Shown here one piece after another: positions 13,501-25,500 of a stretch of 64,000 nt of DNA. Under the pieces are notes generated by a model. It searched no databases. It saw nothing but the letters and a program-made list of their open reading frames with translations, and was not told the origin of the DNA. This stretch comes from Eledone cirrhosa (Eukaryota). The stretch covers positions 271,374,001 to 271,438,000 of the forward strand of contig OZ024743.1 in NCBI GenBank assembly GCA_964016885.1, written 5' to 3'. The stretch's first letter is position 1. Every line of letters begins with the position of its first letter. The position numbers were made by a program, and so were the translations under genes.

Positions 13501-16500
13501 CTGGGTGCATTTTATCATAATGCCAGCACTACCATTTGATAGTGTACTAGGTGCATTTTATCATAATGCCAGCACTACCATTTGACAGTGTACTGGGTGC
13601 ATTTTATCATAATGCCAGCACTACCATTTGACAGTGTACTAGGTACATTTTATCATAACGCCAGCACTGCCATTTAACAGTGTACTGGGTGCATTTTATC
13701 ATAACGCCAGCACTACCATTTGATAGTGTACTAGGAGCATTTTATCATAATGCCAGCACTACCATTTGATAGTGTACTAGGTGCATTTTATCATAATGCC
13801 AGCACTACCATTTGACAGTGTACTAGGTGCATTTTATCATAATGCCAGCACTACCATTTGACAGTGTACTAGGTGCATTTTATCATAATGCCAGCACTAC
13901 CATTTGACAGTGTACTGGGTGCATTTTATCATAACGCCAGCACTACCATTTGACAGTGTACTGGGTGCATTTTATCATAACGCCAGCACTACCATTTGAC
14001 AGTGTACTGGGTGCATTTTATCATAACGCCAGCACTACCATTTAACAGTGTACTGGGTGCATTTTATCATAACGCCAGCACTACCATTTGACAGTGTACT
14101 GGGTGCATTTTATCATAATGCCAGCATTACTATTTGACAGTGTACTGGGTACATTTTATCATAACGCCAGCACTACCATTTGACAGTGTGCTAGGTGCAT
14201 TTTATCATACTGCCAGCACTACCATTTGACAGTGTACTGGGTGCATTTTATCATAACGCCAGCACTACCATTTGACAGTGTACTGGGTGCATTTTATCAT
14301 AACGCCAGCACTACCATTTAACAGTGTACTGGGTGCATTTTATCATAATGCCAGCACTACCATTTGACAGTGTACTGGGTGCATTTTATCATAATGCCAG
14401 CATTACCATTTGACAGTGTACTGGGCGCATTTTATCATAATGCCAGCACTACCATTTGACAGTGTACTGGGTACATTTTATCATAACGCCAGCACTACCA
14501 TTTGACAGTGTGCTAGGTGCATTTTATCATACTGCCAGCACTACCATTTGACAGTGTACTGGGTGCATTTTATCATAACGCCAACACTACCATTTGATAG
14601 TGTACTGGGTACATTTTATAACGCCAGCACTACCATTTGACAGTGTACTGGGTGCATTTTATTGTGGTGCCAGCACTACCATTTGACAGTGTACTGGGTG
14701 CATTTTATCATAATGCCAGCACTACCATTTGACAGTGTACTGGGTGCATTTTATCATAATGCCAGCACTACCATTTGATAGTGTACTGGGTACATTTTAT
14801 CATAATGCCACACTACCATTTGACAGTGTACTGGGTGCATTTTATCATAATGCCAGCACTAACATTTGACAGTGTACTGGGTGCATTTTATCATAATGCC
14901 AGCACTACCATTTGACAGTGTACTGGGTACATTTTATCATAACGCCAGCACTACCATTTGATAGTGTACCGGGTGCATTTTATCATAATGTCAGCACTAC
15001 CATTTGACAGTGTACTGGGTGCATTTTATCATAATGCCAGCACTACCATTTAACAGTGTACTGGCTACATTTTATCATAATGCCAGCACTACCATTTGAT
15101 AGTGTACTGGGTACATTTTATTGTGGTGCCAGCACTAACATTTGTCAGTGTACTGGGTGCATTTTATTGTGGTGCCAGCACTACCATTTGACAGTGTACT
15201 GGGTGCATTTTATCATAACGCCAGCACTACCATTTGACAGTGTACTGGGTACATTTTATCATAATGCCAGCACTACCATTTGACAGTGTACTGGGTACAT
15301 TTTATCATAATGCCAGCACTACCATTTGATAGTGTACTGGGTACATTTTATCATAATGCCAGCACTACCATTTGACAGTGTACTGGGTGCATTTTATCAT
15401 AATGCCAGCACTACCATTTGACAGTGTACTAGGTGCATTTTATCATAATGCCAGCACTACCATTTGACAGTGTACTAGGTGCATTTTATCATAATGCCAG
15501 CTCTACCATTTGACAGTGTACTGGGTGCATTTTATCATACTGCCAGCACTACCATTTGACATTGTACTGGGTACATTTTATCATAACGCCAGCACTACCA
15601 TTTGACAGTGTACTGGGTGCATTTTATCATAATGCCAGCACTACCATTTGACAGTGTACTGGGTGCATTTTATCATAATGCCAGCACTACCATTTGACAG
15701 TGTACTAGGTGCATTTTATCATAATGCCAGCTCTACCATTTGACAGTGTACTGGGTGCATTTTATCATAATGCTAGCACTGCCATTTGACAGTGTACTGG
15801 GTGCATTTTATCATAGTGCCAGCACTACCATTTGACATTGTACTGGGTGCATTTTATCATAACGCCAGCACTATCATTTGACAGTGTACTGGGTGCATTT
15901 TATCATAACGCCAGCACTACCATTTGACAGTGTACTGGGTGCATTTTATCATACTGCTAGCAATGCCATTTGACAGATATATAAAATATTGACGAGTCAA
16001 ATGGTTTCACTCCTCCTTTTTCCTACCCCCAAATCATTGTTTGTTGCGAGTTCAAAGATATTTTTTATTAACTCTTAACATGTACAGCATATAACTGCAT
16101 TAGCAATACTTTGCTGTAAAGTCTTTACTCTAATACTTGCAATATTCACAATGATCTGTTTACTAGTAAAGAAACTATAAACATTTAAATTAAACCACAT
16201 GAAACCACATTAACAAGATATTCTTGAACAATACTGAACAACACTATGACTTTCATTATACTTGACTATCAAACTGCTTAAAACTGCCTCTGGTTTTAAT
16301 GATACAAAACTTTGTTTTCAAGTGTTGTTAGGGTGTTGAGTTAATGATTCTAACATCCTTAATATACACATATGCTTGTTTTATGTACATATGAGCAAAT
16401 GTTAAGGATGATGGTGATGGTAGTGGCGGTGATGAAGCATACATGGTACATGACCTTGTGGTTAAGGGACTGGTCTCACAATCATAAAACTTTATGATTG

Positions 16501-19500
16501 TGAGACCAGGTTTGATTTCTGGACTGAGTGGCACATTGCGTTCTTGAGCAAGATGCTTCATTTCATGTTAATTTTCATAAAATCACCCAAGAATTTTCTG
16601 AGGTGTAACCTTGTAGGAGGCCAACTAAACTTGCATAAGTGTGAGCTGTAATTTTTATTTTCATTTTTAAATGTTTATATTTATCTAAAAAAAACAAACC
16701 AAACACCTTCCATAATTGAATATAAGAACCATAACAAAGTTATATTCCACACACTATCATAATAATGATTTCTAGTATAAGCACAAGGCCAGTAATTTGG
16801 GGAGAGGGGGGGGGAAAGTTGATTAAATTGTCCCTAGTGCATTACTGGTGCTTTATTTTATCAATCCCCGACAGATGAAAAGCAAAGTTGTCTTCAGCGG
16901 TATTTGAACTCATAAAAAGCACCAACTTAACAATGCGGAAGTTAGCTGTATTACTGAATCCCTCCAAATTTTTTTTAAAAATTAATTTCCAAATTAGCTA
17001 CAGAATCATAGGCCGTTTCAGAGTAATGAAAGGATCAATTCTCTCTACCTATTATTTTCCAGGTCATTTAACACTATTTGTTATTCAGCTGATGGGAAAG
17101 CCTTACTAGCTGCTGGCCGTTCCAAGAATGTCTGCATTTATTCAGTAGATGACCAAATACTCATGAAGAAGTTTGAAATTTCTTGCAACAAATCATTTGA
17201 TGGAATGGAGGTAAGAAATAGTGTTTAATGTTTTTGACATAAAACTTCCTGAAGCCACCCTTGGTTCTTCTATCATACATGACTGTTTGCTTTAAAGTCT
17301 TTTATTTATCTAAAAACTTGCCTTCATCATTTTATGTAAGAATTTTGTTGTTTCAAACACTGGTTTAATAACGAATTCTGATTTAGGCACAAGGTCAACA
17401 ATTTGGGGGAAGGGGAAGTCGATTAAATTGTCCCCAGTTTGTTATTGGTACTTTATTTTATAGACCCCATAAGGATGAAAGAAAGGCATGTGCCCTAGTG
17501 GTAAGTGTGCTGGACTTATGGTCATAATGTCATGGGCTTGATTCCTGGACTAGTTGTGTATTGTGTTCTTGAGCAAAACACTTCATTTCACATTACTCCA
17601 ATATACTCAGCTGAAAGTGAGTACCAGCAGTAGCTGGGGCTTTAGCCCTGAGATGGTCTGGCGTCCTGTCCAGGGGGGAAAGTCTTGTACTCTCTTGGTT
17701 ACTTAATGCCACAGAAACCAGGATAAGAACTGGCCTGATGAGCCTTCGGGCTCAAGACAGACTTTAGTAAAGATGAAAGGCAAAGCTAACCTCGGCAGGA
17801 TTTGAACTCAACATAAAGCAATGTGACTTTATGCAGCAAAGCTTGTCTGATGCTCTACCGATACTGCCTGTCCACTAGCTTAATAATGAGAAAGTTATTT
17901 TACAAAATCCCTCCAAATTCCTGATTATTTTCATCATTATTTGGAAATGAGCATTTCCTACTGGTGTTTTCTATTTGCTATACGCAAATAAGCATCCCCA
18001 TCAAAAGTTCATGCAAAATCTATATAGACACTAGTCTATTTTCATCTCAGTACTGGTTGAGTGAGTGTCATTGATGAGAGATTAATAAATCTTGAAACAG
18101 CTGTCTGGCATTCTCAACGACTACTGTTCGTATTGCAATAAGAGAAAAATAATTGTTTCATAACAAAGACATTTTTCTTTGATTACGAGGCTCTCATGTT
18201 TTTTTCATATAAACATAGTATATGCTGTCATATACATCTCTATTATTTGGAAAGTACAGGCAGTATTTTTCATTAGGGATATAGTAATGAAAAGGTTAAT
18301 TTTCCCCAACCATTGTGTGTATCATCATCATCACTCTTTAACATCTATTTTCAATGCTTGTAGAGGGATGACAAGTCAGGTAACTGTGTCTCGCACATGG
18401 AACTGTTTCTGGCTTGGGTTCTATTGCTGGATGTCCTTCCTAATGCCAACTGCTTTTTATCGTGGCACCAAAACGACAATCTAACAGGGTGGACTGGGTG
18501 CTTTTCCCTCGCGGCACCAGCACAACCATCTACAGTGTAGACTGGATGCTTTTTTTTGTCATGTCACCAACACAACCACCTCATAGCGTACTGGTTTAAC
18601 ATGGGTACTCAGTCACCTGAGGCAACTAAAAGGGTTGGCACCAAGATGGATGAATAGCTATAAAAGTATTGTCTTAAAAAGGACCTCATAATGAGTATGA
18701 TGCTTGTCACAGGGGCCTGCAAGGATGACTCCCTGCTTTAGTGGGAAAAATGGCCTTAAACATGTGTATTGTTGTTGTTGTTTAGCCCCAGGTGATCTTG
18801 ATTGTGCAAATCTATTGTAAAATTGCTGTAGCTGTGACCATTTTCTGTTTTTGTATATCCTGGATCACATTATTTAATGTGTCCTTTTCTTTTTTAAGGT
18901 GATAAGAAGTGATTTGAGGGATATTTTGGCTGCTACTTCTAGGAGGTCAAACGACCATGTAGAGTTTCTAATATTTGTACCTATGTATTGTGATATGACA
19001 CTGCTGAAAATAGTAAAGGTGGTGGTAGTTGTGGTTGTAGTAGTTGTGATGATAGTGGTAGCAGTGATTTCAATAGAGGATGTTATGATCGTAGTAGTGG
19101 TGGTAGAGGCGGTGGCGGTTGGAGAGAGCAAGATGGTTGTACCACCGTGAAAATCGGTATCTACGGCCTGTTGGACTTTTCAGACTTAAATGTCAGTTTC
19201 ATGGACACAGAACCCAGCATTGGTGACATAAATATAAAACCAATGTATACAGGATAACCAAGGGAAATAACTCAAGATAATGGTTGTCTCCCTTTATAAC
19301 TGACATTTAATGTTGCTGGTCGAACACAGTGTGTTGGACATCTGTATCTCCCGACGACGAAGGTTCCAGTTACTTGATCAACAGAACAGCCTGCTTGCGA
19401 AATTAACGTACAAGTGACTTAGTATTCCACAGACACATGCACCCATAACGTAATTTTTTGGAAGATTCCGTTTGACAGAGTTACAAGGTTTGCTTTTCGA

Positions 19501-22500
19501 ATTACAGGTACAATTGAAATACAGTGTATTGCTTAACGACGCTAGTTTAAGGTATATGTATTATTGTTGTATTGAAGTGAAAGAATCGGTAGATCATCCA
19601 CCTTTAATTAACTGACAGTCACAATAACTGTGCTCTATTATTAATGTCTTTATAGAAGTCAATTGCCAAATTGTTTAGTGCCTTAACATTCTGAGTTCAA
19701 ACTGAGATTGTGCCTTGCATTTCATTACATCATCATTTTGTGTCCACTTTCCATGCAGACATGGTTTGGATGTGTTATCATGGTCTAAGACTAGACTGGT
19801 CAGGGAACTACAGCCTGTTCCATATGTACTGGGTGCATCTTATTGTGACATTACCACTATCACTTAGATGTACTGGGTGCATGTTATTGCGACATTAGTA
19901 CCACCACTTAGATGTACTGGATGTATTTTATTGTGGCACCATCACTACCACTTAGAGCAAACATGGGCAACTTTTTTGAGCAGTGTCTCGCATAGGATCT
20001 GGCTCATTATAAGGTGGGCTGCACTACTAAAAAAATTCAAGGCAATTTTGAAATTAGGCATGTCATTTAGAAAGTCAAACATTCAGAAAGTGCACAGGCC
20101 ACAGTTTGCCCATGACTGACTTTATTGGGGGAATTGTATTGTGACACACCCCATCACTACCATTTAGAGAGTATTGGGGGAATTTTATTGACATCACTAC
20201 CATTTCGAGTGTACTGGGTAAATTTTATTGACACCATCATTACCATTTAGACTACATTGGGTGCATATTATTAGGACACCATCACTATCATTTAGAGTGC
20301 ACTAGGTAAATTTTATTGTGACACCATCACTACTATATAGAGTGTACTGTGTAAATTTTATTGTGGCACCATCACTACTATATAGAGTGTACTGGATGCA
20401 TTTTATCATGGTGCCCACACTATCATGTGATGAGTCAAATGGTTTTACTCCCCCCTTTTCCAAAGGAAAATTGATGTTTGTTGCTGTTTTTTGTTTTTTT
20501 GAATTCTTAATGTTCTGTACCACATATAACTGCATTTGCAAGACTTTACATAAAGTCTTTACTCTAATACTTCAAATTTTCACAATGACCTATCTACTAA
20601 TAAAGATATTATAAACATTTAAATTAACAAACGACATTAGAAAGAAATATTTTTGAACAATACTGAACATCACTATGACTGCAACACATTAAATACTAAC
20701 TCTTTTACTCTAATACTTCAAATTTCCACAATGATCTGTCCACTATTAAAAATACTATAAACATTTGAATTGACAAACTTGCTATTAGATATTTTGTCCT
20801 AAAATCATTACAGGATATTAAAGGATAATAATAATTATTTTTTATATATCTTTCAGAAATCTTTAGATATCTTTAGATATTTTCTGCTAAATTATTACTG
20901 GATGTTAAGATATAGTGTTTTCTTTTATATCTTCCAGGAATTTTTAGACAGAAGACAAATGACAGAGTGGGGCAACATTGAACTTATTGATGATAATGAA
21001 GAGGAGGGCACAGGTAAACATATCAGTTTACCTGGTGTTTTGAAAGGTGACATGTCATCAAGACACTGGAAAGCAGAAGTTAGAGTTTGTTGTATTCGTT
21101 TCTCTCCCACAGGTAAAGCATTTTATTTTAAATCCTTTTACTGGTTTTAGTCATTTGACTGCAGCCATACTGGGATCCACTGTTTTGATAATTGTTGATC
21201 ATATCAACCTCTAATACTTAATGTTTATTTTTCAAGTCTGGTACCTATTTTAGGCGATGTTTTGTTTTGTTTCAGGACATAAATAAGCACATACACACAC
21301 CTACACATAATGGATTTCTTATATCAGTGGTGTACTACAATGAGAAGTTTGCTTTCTTATCATAAAGTCCTGGCTTCTAACCTTAGATTTGTTCTTGTAA
21401 ATAATTATTTCTTCAAAGCGACTCATACATTTGATCCTGTATGTTATTTGTACACATTGAACATTTATATAATTATATCATAGAAATAGATAATTAAACC
21501 ATCTTTCTTATCTTTAATCAGTTCTACATCTCAGTAATCCACATAAACTATAACGTTTCTCTTATGCAAACTATATATTTATCAAAACAAATTATCCAGT
21601 TTGTATGATTGTTCATACATCCAGTAATCCTGTTATTAATTGTGGATTCCAAAACTTAAATACAGCTCTATTGCCATTATTGATGGTGGATTGACAGTAT
21701 CGGTAGAGTGTTGGACGCCATGCTTTGCAGCATTATGGACCTTTACTACTTTAGTTCAAATCCCGCCAAGGTTAACTTTGTCTTTCACAGTAGTCGATAA
21801 AATAAAGAATAAAGCACCAGTAAGGCGCTGGTATAATTGTTGGCCTTGTGCCAAAAGTAGAAACAAGTATTATTGATGGTACTAGCAATATACCTAGGTC
21901 TGTTTTGATGATGAGTGTTCCAGTTCTTTGATCAATGGAAAGCCTGCATGTGCAAGTGGCTAAGCATTCCGTAGACGTGTATTTGTAATGTAATTTGTAA
22001 TGTAATTCTCAGGGAAATTAACATGACAAAGCTGACCCTTTTGAATTACAGGCACAGTCCATGGGCTTCCTTCAAACAGTTTTCATCTACCCAATTTCCC
22101 TCACAAGGTATGGGTTAACTCTGAGGCTATGACTCTTGCCCAAGATGCCACACACTGGGTTTAAATCAGGAATCTAATGATTGCAAAGAGAGCATAATTA
22201 TTCAACCATGCTGCATCCACAGTAATCTAGACAATTTCAATTTCTCCACTGTCCAGTTTGTTAGTGTAAAGATGACTTCTGTTTTATTTATATATCATAT
22301 AGGTCGTGCATGGGCAGCTACTACAACAGAAGGTCTTCTTGTCTATTCACTTGATCACAATCTCACATTTGACCCATTCCAACTTGAAGTGGACATCACA
22401 CCTGACAAGATACGACACACCTTAAAAGAGAAAGATTACCCTTCCGCTCTCATGCTTAGTTTCCGCCTCAATGAACGTCCCATCATCCAGGAAGTATTGG

Positions 22501-25500
22501 AACAAATTCCACTCAAAGATGGTAAGTTTTAATAACAACAAGCATTTTAAAGACATTTTTCCTGCTAAAGCAAGGATTTGCTTTGCAAGTCCCATGGCAT
22601 GCTTCTCTATTTCGCCCCACCATCTACATCCCTATTCACTAAGCCTCTGGCTTCCATTTCCTTCTCTATCATTTTTATCTATGCCTTTCTTGGTTTTGCC
22701 CTTCCTCTACTTCCTTCTACATTCATTCCTATCACCCCTCACAAGTCACCATCTTATTCCATTTCTCTTCGCAACATTTGTTACTAGCTTTATCCCTATC
22801 ATTTTTATGATCCAGTCTCTTTTATCCTTCTTTTAATATAAAATAATCTTGGAAGATTTTAATTTAAATAAAAAATATGTGGTTTTGTTTCATTGAAATA
22901 GAACCAGTTTTTGCAGGGTTGACATAGTAATTAACATATGGTTCTCATATAAAATTATGTTGGAAGATTTTAATTTAAATAGAAACCCTTAAAAATGTGT
23001 GGTTTTGTTTTCATTGAACCAGAGCTGGTTTTTGAGGGTTGGTATAAAAAAAGTTAAAAGTGAAATTTTAGATAACAAAATGATGACAAAAATGACTGAG
23101 AATTTATAAAAGTAAAAAAAATTATTTGAAAATCATGTTAAAAACATAAAAATCAAAAGGCTTGTAATATTCATTTTTTCAGTTCTGCTCATTTGTCAGA
23201 ATCTACACTCCACATATGTAGATAAACTTCTGTCTTTCATCAGTAGTCAGATTGAACAGTCAGCACACATCCAGTATTATCTCACCTGGTTAGAACATTT
23301 ACTGGTTTCTCATGGGCCAGCCTTAAAGCAACGGTCAGCTTCAATTATGGCCACACTGCGCTCCATACAGAAAGCAACCAAGATCAAGTATGATGAAGTT
23401 GGAAAAATGTAAGTGGTAATTTTGGTACTTTTCTATTTTACAATTATTTGTCTTATAGGGTGGTCTAGAATAGGTACACTGTATTCCCCCTGCATGCCAT
23501 AAGAAGCAACTATAAGGGTTAGTGAGAAGAAGGGCATCTGGCTGTAAAACATTGCCTTAAAATGTCCCATCCAACCTATGTGAGCATGGAAAAGTCAACG
23601 TGAAAACAGTCATGATAATGATGATGGTTGATGGGTGTGGATCAGGGGTCCACAAACTACCAAGGAACTCTTTTATGGCCAAATTACTTGTGACATTGAT
23701 TGTATTTTAAATAATTGTTACGTATGGGCAAGACAAGGTCACTGTGGCATGTCTGGTCTCAAACTATGACAACCTGTCCAACACATGCCAGTATGGTATG
23801 CAGATGTAAAACAAAAAACAGCACCTTATCTCAGTCCACCATACAATCACGTCACCCATAACCAAAACCATATTCACACCAAACACAAACAAACCTGCAG
23901 CAGTAATCTAAACTATAATAAAGTAAGGAGTGCGGGACTGCATACGGTTTATAATTTTTTTATCCCATTAGTAAAATAAGTTGGATTACTTTGAATAAAT
24001 AATGAATGAATATTACATAATTTATCTACTAAATTTCATGGCTGTTGATTAAATATATTTTGTTTATTTAAAGATTCACATCTTTAAAATTTCTGAAATG
24101 TCAACACTTCCGGTTGGCCATCGCTTAAATAAACATACTAATTTTCTCCTAATGCAGTTTATATATATTATCGTCTTTTTTAATGTATCATGGATTACGT
24201 TACTGATTAAATAAGACGGTGTAACGCAGTCTTCGTTCAATTTCTATGTATTATATATTGTCAATTACGATATTATTTGATGTATCATATCTACATGTAT
24301 ATATACCTGGGTATAATATCAATATACACACTACACATGCCAGCAGAAAACCACCCGAAGGGTGGTTTTTCTGCTAGTGATTGTTTCTACTTTTGGCACA
24401 AGGCCAGCAATTACCCAGTGCATTACTGGTACTTTATTTTATCGACCCCCGTAAGGATGAAAGGCAAAGTTAACCTCGTCAGGATTTGAACTCAGAATGG
24501 CAAGGACCGTAACTCTATGCGTCAAAGCATGGCGTCCGACCCTCTACTGATACTGCCAATCCACCGCCATCGCCAGTGATAATAATGATTTCTAATTTAG
24601 GCACAAACCAGCAGTTTGGAGGAGAGGAAAGTCGATTATATTGATCTCTAGTGTTTTACTGGTACTTTATTTTATGACCCCAGAAGGATGAAAGGCAATG
24701 TTGGCCTTAGTGGGATTTAAACTCAATGTAACTAAATGCTGCAAAGTATTTCATCCTACACTTTGGTGATTCTGCCAATCAGCCACCCTAATCATCATCA
24801 TCATACGTCCGCTTTTCCCTGCTTGCAAGGGTGGGACGGGAACTGATTCTGGCTTGATTTCTACAGCTGGATGCCCTTCCTAATACCAACCTCATTTACA
24901 GTGAGTGCTGGGTGCTTTTTTGCTGCAGCACCTCCACGACCACTTTGCAGTGGAATGATAGGGTCCCCAGTCCCTATCATCTCATTTCTGCAGCTGAGTA
25001 AACTGGAGCAATATGAAATGTCTTGCTCAAGGAAACAACACATCGGTCTGAGAATTGAACTCACAACCTTTCGATTGCAAGGCCAGTGCTCTAACCACTA
25101 AGCCATGTGCCTCCGTTTATGATAATAATGGGTTCTAATTTAGACACAGGCCAGCAGTTTTGGAGGAGGGGGAAGTCAATTGTAATGGCCCAGTTCTTTA
25201 CTGTTATTTTAATTTATTAACTCCCATCTCAGGAAAGATGAATGGCTAAGTTGATGTTGGCGGGATTTGAACTCAGACATAAAAGGCCAGAACAAATATA
25301 GGAAGGCTGACTGACAATCATTAAAATGTCAAACAAAATGCTTTGCAGTATTTGTTAGTTTTTTTACGTTCTGAGTTCAAATCCAACCACAGACAACTTT
25401 GCCTTTTACTCCGCCAGGGTCAATAAAATAAAGTACTGATCAAGTTGATATAATTGACTTTCCTACATTCCCAAAACATTGTCTTGGGGTGGTTTTAATG

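Noticed and set aside
12810-15976. CRISPR-like array
   Set aside because: Units are contiguous with no unique spacers, there are no cas genes, and the context is a eukaryotic intron.
17730-17765. CTGATGAG followed by a hairpin, as a hammerhead
   Set aside because: No GAAA or stem III follows; it is part of the Meta-like SINE.
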